Below, one piece after another: positions 39,366-47,623 of a DNA stretch of 64,000 nt; position 1 is the first letter of the stretch; each line of letters begins with the position of its first letter. Source of the stretch: Opitutus sp. GAS368 (GTDB lineage Bacteria; Verrucomicrobiota; Verrucomicrobiia; Opitutales; Opitutaceae); contig CAMBVX010000001.1 in NCBI GenBank assembly GCA_945871085.1, forward strand, positions 7,347 to 71,346, written 5' to 3'. The notes below the pieces were generated by a model. It was not told the origin of the DNA and did not search any database. It saw nothing but the letters and a program-made list of their open reading frames with translations. The translations under genes and the position numbers were made by a program.

Positions 39366-39625
39366 GTTGGTTTCGGGGGAGCCACCGGCCTCCGTGCCTG
39401 AGGGGTGGGGCGCCACGCCCGCCCGAACGGCCGGCAGGGACGCCTGCCGCTACGCGGAGGCAGAACGAGAACGAGAACGAGAACGATTAGGAGAACGAGA
39501 ACGAGAACGAGAACGAGAAAGAGAACGAGAACGAGAACGATCGGGGGAGCCACCGGCCTCCGTGCCTGAGGGGTGGGGCGGATTTGCGGAACGGCCGGCA
39601 GGGCCGCCTGCCGCTACGCGGTCGG
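39366..39625 (+). repeat. Composite spacer element: R1 copy + hexamer microsatellite + R1 copy
   Basis: 39366-39462 is R1 (GGAGCCACCGGCctccgtGCCTGAGG ... CGGCAGGgacgCCTGCCGctacgcggaggca). 39463-39545 is the (GAACGA)n tract. 39541-39625 is a second R1 copy whose CCGCTAC end supplies the TAG stop of the gene at 39614. Confidence 0.85.
39463..39545 (+). repeat. GAGAAC/GAACGA hexamer microsatellite (about 13 units)
   Basis: gaacgagaacgagaacgagaacgattaggagaacgagaacgagaacgagaacgagaaagagaacgagaacgagaacgatcgg. Confidence 0.9.
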
Positions 39626-40687
39626 CAGATCAAATATCACCCGCAGGCCGCGACCGCCGGCCCCTTCCGCCAGACTGAGGCCGCCGCCGCCGCTCTCCGC
39701 CGCAGAACGCGCGATGGCCAGCCCGAGGCCCAAGCCTTGTTGTTCGCGGTGCACGCGCCCGAATTGCACGAACGCACCGAACCCCGCGCGCTCCTCTGCT
39801 GTCATGCCCGGGCCTTGATCGGAAATTTCGATCATGTAGCGCGCGCCGCGGTGGGCGCCGGTGACGACCACGGGCTGGCCGGGCGTGGAGAAACGAAAGG
39901 CGTTGCCGACGACTTCCGCGATGGCGCTCACGAGGTATGCCTCGGCCAGGAGCACGACGCCGGGGTCGCAGCGCACTGTAAGATCGGCGGTCCGCTTCGC
40001 GGCTTCGGCGGCCCGGTTGGCTCCGGTCATGATGGCCGTCATGTCGCAGCGCAACGGCCGGGCGAGTGGTGGGGCCGCTTTCGCCTGCTCCAATTCGAAA
40101 TAGAGCACGAGCTTGCGGGAGAGGGTGTGCTGGCGTTCGGCCCCGCCGCGGATGAGCGCGAGCAGTTGCTTGAGTTCGCCGGGCTGGATCGTGTCGGCTT
40201 CGGATTCAATCAGCTCGAGACCGCCGAGCACGCCGTTGAGCGGCGTCATGAGTTCGTGGGACCAATTTGCGCTCACTTCCGAACGACGTTCCACGAGGAG
40301 TTGTTCGACGCGTTCCCGGAGCGGTTTCTGCCGTTGCACGCGCGCGGCGATGGCATCGAGGATGTCGCGTTGGGTAAATGGCTTCGTGATGTAGTCGTCG
40401 GCGCCGAGCGCCATGCCGCGGCGTTGGTCGCTGCGGTCGGCCCGGGCGGTGAGGAAGATGAAGGGCACCTCGCGGCCCTCCGGTAGCTGGCGGACGGCGG
40501 TGAGCACTTGGTAGCCGTCGAACCCGGGCAGACCGATGTCGCACAGGATGAGATCGGGGCCCTCCGCCGCCCGCGCGGCCCCGGTGGGGCCGTCGGCTGC
40601 GGCGATCACGGTGTGGCCGTTGAGCTCCAGCATGTCCTGCAACGTTTCCCGGATGGCGAGTTCGTCTTCGATGATGAGGATTTTCAT
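39614..40687 (-). CDS. Response-regulator receiver fused to histidine kinase (REC-HisKA-HATPase_c)
   Basis: Start MKILIIEDELAIRETL at 40687 (ATGA overlap with the upstream gene). Receiver Asp in LILCDIGLPGFDG, H-box NWSHELMTPLNGV, and a C-terminal HATPase region (ISDQGPGM...QGLGLGLAIAR). Confidence 0.88.
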   Translation of the reverse strand: MKILIIEDELAIRETLQDMLELNGHTVIAAADGPTGAARAAEGPDLILCDIGLPGFDGYQVLTAVRQLPEGREVPFIFLTARADRSDQRRGMALGADDYITKPFTQRDILDAIAARVQRQKPLRERVEQLLVERRSEVSANWSHELMTPLNGVLGGLELIESEADTIQPGELKQLLALIRGGAERQHTLSRKLVLYFELEQAKAAPPLARPLRCDMTAIMTGANRAAEAAKRTADLTVRCDPGVVLLAEAYLVSAIAEVVGNAFRFSTPGQPVVVTGAHRGARYMIEISDQGPGMTAEERAGFGAFVQFGRVHREQQGLGLGLAIARSAAESGGGGLSLAEGAGGRGLRVIFDLPTA

Positions 40688-41796
40688 GGTGAAAAAAGTG
40701 CCGGCGGTCCGACGGGTGGGATTTTTGTCGGAGCAGGGGCGTGAGCGGGCAGTTCGAACCAGAAACGGGCGCCGTGCCCGGATGCGCTTTCGACGCCGAC
40801 CTGGCCGTGGAGTTTTTCGACGATGCGGCGCACGATCGAGAGACCGAGGCCGTGGCCTTTGACGCGCACTGCGGAGATGCGGGTGAAGGGCACGAACATC
40901 ATCGCTTGCGCGGCGGCATCGAGTCCGAGCCCGGCATCCTGCACCCAGAAACGGGTCGAGCGCCCGTCGACGCCGGGTTCTCCGCCGACCGTGATGAGCG
41001 GGTTGGCCCCGCCATATTTCGCGGCGTTGCTGATGAAATTGACCCAGACCTCGATGATCCACGGCGCGTAGCCGAACGCGTCGGGCCAGACCGCAGGTAG
41101 ACGCACGTGTGCGCCGCTCTGTTTGAGGAGGTGCTCCAGCCGATCAATCGCTTCGGCGACGATCGCCGTCATATCGAGGCGCTGCGGGACGACGGCCTGG
41201 CGGCGGACGCCGGAGAGGATGAGCAGTTCCTCGATGATATCATTGAGGCGCCGCGCGGAGTGGGCGGCCTCGTGGAGGTGATGCCGCATCGTCGCTTCGT
41301 CGGCTTGGCCGAGCATCATCGTCGCGAGGTCGAGTCGTCCGCTGAGGGTGCAGAGGGGATTCTTGAGATCGTGGGCGACGGTGTGGGCAAACGCGTCGAG
41401 TTCATCCAGCAGTTCCTTTTTTTCCAAGCGGGCGGCGATGGAGTGCATCACCTCGGCCTCGGTGAAGGGTTTGGTGATGAAGTCCGTGGCGCCGAGCTCC
41501 ATGCCGTGGCGGGTCGTGGCACGGTCCACCTTCGCCGAAATCACGATCACCGGGATCGCCCGCAACGCATCGTCGCCGCGAAACGTTTCCAAGAGCTCGA
41601 AGCCAGTCATGCCCGGCATATTGATGTCGGTGATGATGAGGGCGGGCAGGGCGCTGCGGGCGAGGGCGAGACCCGCGAGGCCATCGCTGGCGACGAGCAC
41701 GTGAAAGCCGTTGAGCGCGATCATCTCGGCGAGCGTTTGGCGGAGGGCTTCGTCGTCCTCGATGATCAAAATGGTGGCGGGGTGGAGGGGCGTCAT
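40684..41796 (-). CDS. Response-regulator receiver fused to histidine kinase (REC-HisKA-HATPase_c), paralog of the downstream gene
   Basis: ILIIEDDEALRQTL...LIITDINMPGMTG receiver, H-box FAHTVAHDLKNPL, NFISNAAKYG, and VQDAGLGL...GHGLGLSIVRR. Confidence 0.88.
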   Translation of the reverse strand: MTPLHPATILIIEDDEALRQTLAEMIALNGFHVLVASDGLAGLALARSALPALIITDINMPGMTGFELLETFRGDDALRAIPVIVISAKVDRATTRHGMELGATDFITKPFTEAEVMHSIAARLEKKELLDELDAFAHTVAHDLKNPLCTLSGRLDLATMMLGQADEATMRHHLHEAAHSARRLNDIIEELLILSGVRRQAVVPQRLDMTAIVAEAIDRLEHLLKQSGAHVRLPAVWPDAFGYAPWIIEVWVNFISNAAKYGGANPLITVGGEPGVDGRSTRFWVQDAGLGLDAAAQAMMFVPFTRISAVRVKGHGLGLSIVRRIVEKLHGQVGVESASGHGARFWFELPAHAPAPTKIPPVGPPALFSP

Positions 41797-44700
41797 GGCG
41801 GGAGAGTCGGGCTGGGGAGGCGCGGGAAAGTCAGGGTGAAACGGCTGCCGCCTCCGACCGCTGGCGCGACCTCCACCGTGCCGCCGAGCAGGCCGATCAT
41901 GCGTTGCACAATGTTGAGCCCGAGGCCGGTGCCCTTGATCGTGCCGACATTGGACCCGCGCTCGAAGGGTTCGAAGATCCGCGCGCGATCCGACTCCGGA
42001 ATGCCGATACCGTGATCCTCGACGGACAGCTGCGCCCGTGCCGTTTCGACCACCAACCGCACGGCGACGAGTGTGCCGGCGGGCGAGTAGCGCACCGCAT
42101 TGCTGAGGAGATTGGAAAGGATGTGATGGAGCAGATTGGGGTCGGAGGGGAAGGCCAGGGCATCGCCGGTGGCGGAGAATTCAAACCGGTGCTGGTCGCG
42201 GTCGCCCAGCCGGATTTCCTCGATCGCCTGGTGCACGAATGACTGCAAATCGAGCGGCGCGAGCTGGACCTCGACGCGGTTGGCGTCGACCCGGTTGAGC
42301 AGGAGGATTTCGTCCAGCATCTGGGTCATGCGCTGGAGCGAGGTGGCGATGCGGGCCAGCAATTCCTGGCGTTTCTCCGCGGTGAGGCGGTCGAGATGGT
42401 TGGCGAGGATTTCCACCGAGCCCAGCGCCGCCGCCATCGGCGTGCGAAATTCGTGCGAGGTCACGGAGATGAAACGCGTCTTCATTTCGGAAACCTGGCG
42501 CTCCTTTTCCATCATCGCGCGCATGGCCGCCTCGTGGCGTTTCTGCGCGGTGATGTCGTCTTTCAGGGCGACGTAGTGGGTCGCCCGGCCTTGCGCATCG
42601 ACCACGGGGGCGATGACGGCCGTCTCGAGATAGGTCTCCCCGTTTTTCTTCCGGTTGCGCAGCTCGCCGCTCCATACTTGGCCCCGCCCGAGGGTGGCCC
42701 ACATGTCTTGGAAAATCTGGGCTGGGGTCTCGCCGGAATTGAGGATGCGGGGGTTCTGGCCGAGTGCTTCCGCCGAGGTGTAGCCGGTTACGAGGCTAAA
42801 CCGGGGATTCACATATTCGATCGCGCCGGTGAGGTCGGTGATGACGACGGAGAGCGGCGCCTGCTCGATGATGGTCGACAACTTGTGCAGTTGCTCGCCT
42901 GCCGCCTTCTCATCCTCGACCACGCTCAACAACACCTGCCGCGCCTGCTCCAGCTCGACCAACGACTGGCGGGTTTTCTCGTCGGCGCGCACCCGCTCGG
43001 TCATGTCGCGGATATTGCATTGGATGACCTTGTGACCGTCCACCAGGTAGACGTTGCTGACAAACTCCACCTCGATCCGCCGCCCAGCCTTAGTTTCCAG
43101 CGCCATGTCTTCGTAGCGGATGTATTCCTTCGCCTGCAACTCAGCGAAGTTGTCCTGGTTGGCGACGAGGTTCTTGAAAAATCCCAGCTCCCAAACCTTC
43201 TTGCCGAGAAACACCTCGTGCGAGTAACCCAGCATCTCGACGAGAAACGGATTCACGTCCACGATCATCCCCGTCTCGGCATCGAGAATCAATATGCCGT
43301 CCTTGGCCGACTCGAAGAGCCGGCGATAGCGGATCTCCGAAGTGATCATCGCCCGCTCCGCCTGCACGCGTTCGGCCCGGGTGCGCAGCGCGGTGATGCC
43401 ATAGCCCAGATCGCCGACCAGCTCGCCCAGCAGCGCGACTTCCTCCTTGTTGAAGGCGTCCGACTCGGCGGCATACACACTCAACACCCCGAACGCGCGC
43501 TCGCCGCTGAGCAGCGGAAAGGCGACCGAGGAGTTGTAGTCGCGCTGGGTGGCTTCCGCCCGCCAAGGGCCAAAGGAGGGATCGGTCGGGATGTCGCGGG
43601 CGATCACCGGCTGGCCGGTGCGGATGGCCGTGCCGGTGGGGCCGCGTCCGCGCTCCGTGTCAGCCCAGATGACGCCCAGCGTATCGAGATAGCCGGCCTC
43701 GCTGCCGGCTTGGGCGACGGGGCGCACCGACTTCGCGTCATTCTGCTCCGCGAAACCGACCCACGCCATGCGGTAGCCCCCGTGCTCAACCACGATGCGG
43801 CAGACGGCTTGCAGCAGCTCCGTCTCGGAGTTGGCGCGCACCAGCGCTTGATTGCACTCGCTGGCGATGCGCAGCGCGCGGTCGGTCCGGCGCAACGAGG
43901 CTTCGGCCTGTTTGCGCTCGGTGATGTCCTTGTGCGTGCCGATCACCCGGAGGGGCTGGCCCGCGGCATCCCGCTCGATTACCAGACCGCGATCGAGCAT
44001 CCATTTCCAACTGCCGTCCTTGCAGCTCATGCGGTGCTCGTTGGCGTAGTGTGCGGTCGTGCCGGCGAGGTGCGCCTGCACGTCGGCCATCACGCGCGGC
44101 AGATCCTCGGGGTGCACGCGCTTGCTCCACTCCTCGAGACCGCTGCCGATTTCGTTTTCCGCAAAACCCAGCATCGCTTTCCAGCGCTTGGAAAAAACCA
44201 CCTCGCTGGCGGGCACGTTCCAATCCCAGACACCGTCGCCGGTGCCCTCGACGGCAAATTGCCAGCGCGCTTCGCTCTGGCGCAACGCCGCCTCCGCTTG
44301 CTGGCGCTCCGTAATATCGGTCGCCATGGCAAAAATCATCTGGTCTGCGGTTGAAACACTCGCTGACCAGGCAAGGAGTCTGAACTCACCATTTTTTTGG
44401 CGGTATCGGTTTTCGAAATAAAAAGTGTCTATCCCGTGAGCGAGCTTGCCCATCTCGGCGCGGGTTGCGGCTTGGTCATCCGGATGGATCAGATCAAGAA
44501 AATTGACCCCCGTAAGTTGCCCTGTGCCATACCCCAGCAAATCCTCGAAACTCTTGTTCGCGCGTTGGATCACGCCGTCAGGCTTGGCGATCAGATTCAG
44601 AGCGATGGGCTGCGCAAAGAATTTGTTGAAGATTTCCTCCGTCCGCTTGCGCTCGGTGATGTCCTGATGCGTGCCGATCACCCGGAGGGGCTGGCCTGCG

Positions 44701-46004
44701 GCATCCCGCGCGATCACCAGACCGCGATCGAGCATCCATTTCCAACTGCCGTCCTTGCAGCTCACGCGGTGCTCGTTGGCGTAGTGCGCGGTCGTGCCGG
44801 CGAGGTGCGCCTGCACGTCGGCCATCACGCGCGGCAGATCCTCGGGGTGCACGCGCTTGCTCCACTCCTCGAGACCGGTGCCGATTTCGTTTTCCGCAAA
44901 ACCCAGCATCGCTTTCCAGCGGCTGGAAAAAACCACCTCGCGGGCGGGCACGTTCCAGTCCCAGACGCCGTCGCCGAAACCTTCGATGGCAAATTGCCAG
45001 CGCGCTTCGCTCTGGCGCAACTTCGCCTCCGCTTGCTTACGTTCCCGGATTTCTCGCGCCAGCTTCCAATTCCACGCGACCGACCCGAGGAGGACGGTGG
45101 CCAAGAGGGCGACGATTTGCCAGAGCCGGGTGTAGTCGAATCCGGGTTCGTAGTGGAGGGGCAGCCACCGGCGATAAATCGCCTCGCGCTCCGTGGGGGA
45201 AACCGAATCCACCGCCTTGTCGAGGATACCGGCCAGTGTCGCCCAATCTTTGCGCACCGCCATGCATTGCGCGTTGGTGTACGGCGTGCTGCCGGCGATC
45301 TTGAGGTCCGTCATTTTCTGCTCCGCCAAGTAATAGCCCACCACGAGCATGTTCTCGACGCAGGCCAAGACTTCGCCGCGTTGGAGCAGGGCGAGCGCTT
45401 CGGCGGTCGTCTGGACCCGGACCAGTTGGACTTCGGGAAAGTCGCGGGCGATCCAGACTGCGGCCACATAGCCCTCGACCACGGCCACCTTCTTGCCCGC
45501 GAGTTCACGCAGATCGGCGATGTAGGTGACATCCGCCCGGGTGACGACGACGATGGGCATGGTCATGTAAGGCTTGGTGAAGGCCCAGAATTTCTCCCGC
45601 TCCGCGGTCACGGCCACCGTGGTGGTCAGGTCGATCTCCCAGCGTTGCAGCCGCGCATACGCTTCCTGCCAGCTCAAGTTTCGCACCCGCTCAAACTTCA
45701 CCCCCAGCCGCTCTTCAACGAGGCGCAGATACTCTGCGGTCATGCCGGACTGCGCCCCGCGTGCGTCCGTGAATTCGATCGGTGGCCAACCGGGATCCTG
45801 CGCCACGCGGATGACGGGATGCTCGCGCAGCCACGCCTGTTCATGGGGGGAGAGGGTATCAAGGAAGGCCTGCGGCGTGGACGTTTCCGCCGGCCGCTGC
45901 TCCTGGGCGTGGCCCGACATTGCGGCCCCCAGCAAAATGACGGTCGCGAGCAAGCCCAACCAATCTTTGAGCCGGATGGCGCCGGTTTTTGGTCCGCTGT
46001 TCAC
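41793..46004 (-). CDS. Giant multi-sensor histidine kinase: periplasmic solute-binding domain (SBP_bac_3-like), TM, PAS x about 5, GAF, HisKA, HATPase_c
   Basis: GTG start at 46004 gives a signal-like N-terminus (IRLKDWLGLLATVILLGAAMSGHAQ) and a GTGA overlap with the upstream stop. SBP block IRVAQDPGWPPIEFTD...GYVAAVW. Repeated PAS cores. GAF-like RMAWVGFAE...FGVLSVYA. H-box FISVTSHEFRTPM. HATPase LLSNAVRYS...DHGIGIP...GTGLGLNIV. Confidence 0.85.
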   Translation of the reverse strand: MNSGPKTGAIRLKDWLGLLATVILLGAAMSGHAQEQRPAETSTPQAFLDTLSPHEQAWLREHPVIRVAQDPGWPPIEFTDARGAQSGMTAEYLRLVEERLGVKFERVRNLSWQEAYARLQRWEIDLTTTVAVTAEREKFWAFTKPYMTMPIVVVTRADVTYIADLRELAGKKVAVVEGYVAAVWIARDFPEVQLVRVQTTAEALALLQRGEVLACVENMLVVGYYLAEQKMTDLKIAGSTPYTNAQCMAVRKDWATLAGILDKAVDSVSPTEREAIYRRWLPLHYEPGFDYTRLWQIVALLATVLLGSVAWNWKLAREIRERKQAEAKLRQSEARWQFAIEGFGDGVWDWNVPAREVVFSSRWKAMLGFAENEIGTGLEEWSKRVHPEDLPRVMADVQAHLAGTTAHYANEHRVSCKDGSWKWMLDRGLVIARDAAGQPLRVIGTHQDITERKRTEEIFNKFFAQPIALNLIAKPDGVIQRANKSFEDLLGYGTGQLTGVNFLDLIHPDDQAATRAEMGKLAHGIDTFYFENRYRQKNGEFRLLAWSASVSTADQMIFAMATDITERQQAEAALRQSEARWQFAVEGTGDGVWDWNVPASEVVFSKRWKAMLGFAENEIGSGLEEWSKRVHPEDLPRVMADVQAHLAGTTAHYANEHRMSCKDGSWKWMLDRGLVIERDAAGQPLRVIGTHKDITERKQAEASLRRTDRALRIASECNQALVRANSETELLQAVCRIVVEHGGYRMAWVGFAEQNDAKSVRPVAQAGSEAGYLDTLGVIWADTERGRGPTGTAIRTGQPVIARDIPTDPSFGPWRAEATQRDYNSSVAFPLLSGERAFGVLSVYAAESDAFNKEEVALLGELVGDLGYGITALRTRAERVQAERAMITSEIRYRRLFESAKDGILILDAETGMIVDVNPFLVEMLGYSHEVFLGKKVWELGFFKNLVANQDNFAELQAKEYIRYEDMALETKAGRRIEVEFVSNVYLVDGHKVIQCNIRDMTERVRADEKTRQSLVELEQARQVLLSVVEDEKAAGEQLHKLSTIIEQAPLSVVITDLTGAIEYVNPRFSLVTGYTSAEALGQNPRILNSGETPAQIFQDMWATLGRGQVWSGELRNRKKNGETYLETAVIAPVVDAQGRATHYVALKDDITAQKRHEAAMRAMMEKERQVSEMKTRFISVTSHEFRTPMAAALGSVEILANHLDRLTAEKRQELLARIATSLQRMTQMLDEILLLNRVDANRVEVQLAPLDLQSFVHQAIEEIRLGDRDQHRFEFSATGDALAFPSDPNLLHHILSNLLSNAVRYSPAGTLVAVRLVVETARAQLSVEDHGIGIPESDRARIFEPFERGSNVGTIKGTGLGLNIVQRMIGLLGGTVEVAPAVGGGSRFTLTFPRLPSPTLPP

Positions 46005-47230
46005 TTTGCACCCTCCACCACGCTCGGATACTTGGGCGGCTCGCCGTGACTGGCCCGCAGGGCGTTGATCTCCCGCTTGAGTCCGAGCACGCGGCCCTCG
46101 CGGCCGAGCGTCGCTCCCTGCCAGCGGCGCAACTCCTCCATTTTCGCCGCGAGATTCGCCGCCGCCGCCTTTTGCTCGGTAACGTCGCGGATGATCGCGG
46201 TGAAAAATTTCTGCCCGCCGATCTGCCATTCGGAGAGGGAGAGGTTGAGCGGGAATTCACTGCCATCCTTCCGCCGTCCCTCCACGTCCACCGTGGTGCC
46301 GATGATGTGGTGCGGCCCGCCCGCCAGCACTCGCGCCAGGCCCGCCTCATGACGCTCGTGGTGCCGGGTCGGCAGCAGCAGCGTGAGCGGCTGGCCGAGA
46401 ATTTCACTTTCCTGATAGCCGAAAATATTTTCGGCCCCGGGATTCCAGCCGATGACGTGGCCCGCGCAATCCGCGCTGATGATGGCGTCGGCGATCGAGT
46501 TGACCATCGCGCCATAGCGCGCCTCGCGTTCGCGCACCGCCGTCTGCGCCCGCTTCTGGTCTTCCAATGTGCTGAGCAGGGCCCGGCGGGCGCGCTCGGC
46601 CAGCGCTGCGTCCTGCCGGTGCACCTGGTCCGCTTGGGCCTGCGCGGTGAGGTCGGTCAAAACCAGCAGTAGCTGGCCTTCGCCGCGCCCACCCGGGACG
46701 GCGTTGATCATCAATTGCGCGGGGAAGGTGGTGCCGTCTTCCCGCGCCAGGGTGAGTTCGCCGTGGATCGGGGGAGCGCCCGTCGGACTCCCCGTGGCGG
46801 CCGCGCGCACTTGTTGGCGCAGCCGGTAAAACCGGTCCTGGTCTGCCGAGATGATGAAGCGATGGAACGGGCGCTGGATCAGCGTGGCTCGCGTGATCCC
46901 GAGCAGGCTGGCGCAGTGGAGGTTCGCCTCTTGAATCAGCCCCGCTTCGCTGACGGTGCAATAGCCCACGGGGGCGAGGTCGTAGAGGTCGTAATACCGC
47001 GCGCGGGATTGCTCCAGGTCGTGCTGCGCGCGGCGCAGCTCATCATTCTGCATTTCCAGCTCGATCTGGTGGACTTGGAGCTCGTGCAGCAGCGCGCGCG
47101 TGGCGTCGGGCGAGAGCGCCGCCAGACCGGCGGGTGCGGCGAGCGTTTTTGCGTGTAAGGCCGCTTCCGCCTGCGTGCGCAGGTCGGTCGCGGCACCGGC
47201 GGCGGGAGCACGATCAGCGAATTTTTTCAT
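46001..47230 (-). CDS. PAS-only sensor protein (coiled-coil N-terminus + 2-3 PAS, no output domain)
   Basis: Start MKKFADRAP at 47230. LLHELQVHQIELEMQNDELRRAQ...YYDLYDLAPVGYCTV. The C-terminal coiled coil EELRRWQGATLGREGRVLGLKREINAL ends without a kinase or other output domain. Confidence 0.8.
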   Translation of the reverse strand: MKKFADRAPAAGAATDLRTQAEAALHAKTLAAPAGLAALSPDATRALLHELQVHQIELEMQNDELRRAQHDLEQSRARYYDLYDLAPVGYCTVSEAGLIQEANLHCASLLGITRATLIQRPFHRFIISADQDRFYRLRQQVRAAATGSPTGAPPIHGELTLAREDGTTFPAQLMINAVPGGRGEGQLLLVLTDLTAQAQADQVHRQDAALAERARRALLSTLEDQKRAQTAVREREARYGAMVNSIADAIISADCAGHVIGWNPGAENIFGYQESEILGQPLTLLLPTRHHERHEAGLARVLAGGPHHIIGTTVDVEGRRKDGSEFPLNLSLSEWQIGGQKFFTAIIRDVTEQKAAAANLAAKMEELRRWQGATLGREGRVLGLKREINALRASHGEPPKYPSVVEGAK

Positions 47231-47249
47231 GTGCGGCGGAGTTCGGAAG

Positions 47250-47612
47250 ATTTTCGGAACGGCAGGCAGGACGCGGGCCACTGCGCGGAGGCAGCAAGAG
47301 AAAGCTTAAGAGAAAGAGGAAAAAGAACGAGAACGATCGGGAGAACGAGAACGAGAACGATCGGGAGAACGAGAACGATCGGGCGAACGAGAACGATTAG
47401 GAGAACGAGAACGATCGGGCGAACGAGAACGATTAGGAGAACGAGCACGATCGGGAGAACGAGAACGATTAGGAGAACGAGAACGATTAGGAGAACGAGA
47501 ACGATCGGGCGTAGCCACAGGCCTCCGTGCCTGTGGGGTTTGGGGGCGGGTGCGCGCGGATTTTCGGCACGGCAGGCAGGGACGCGGGCCGCTGCGCGGA
47601 GCGGCCGGTTTT
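47250..47612 (+). repeat. Composite spacer element: partial R1 (hairpin B) + 18-nt tandem array + R1 copy
   Basis: cggaacGGCAGGCaggacgcgggccactgcgcggaggcagc, then the array at 47296-47508, then GCGTAGCCACAGGCctccgtGCCTGTGGggtttgggg...cacGGCAGGCagggacgcgggccgctgcgcggag. Confidence 0.85.
47296..47508 (+). repeat. Tandem array of about 10 x 18-nt units GAGAACGAGAACGAT(CGG/TAG)
   Basis: Units alternate GAGAACGAGAACGATCGG, GCGAACGAGAACGATTAG and GAGAACGAGCACGATCGG. A degenerate AAGAGAAAG lead-in precedes them. Confidence 0.92.
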
Positions 47613-47623
47613 TTCCGGCACGG

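Noticed and set aside
39254-39553. Repeat-derived ORFs encoding (VL)n, (RS)n or (EN)n peptides (also 47227..47448, 47306..47518, 50329..50571)
   Set aside because: The reading frame and strand differ among the three microsatellite loci, so the repeats are not conserved as coding. They are treated as non-coding tandem repeats.
42396-46049. Two long plus-strand ORFs (652 and 550 aa)
   Set aside because: Antisense to the giant multi-PAS kinase, whose domains are unambiguous. The near-identical segments in these ORFs simply mirror the PAS duplication.
47296-47508. 18-nt tandem array considered as a CRISPR array
   Set aside because: Units are contiguous with no unique spacers, are only 18 nt long, and no cas genes are present.
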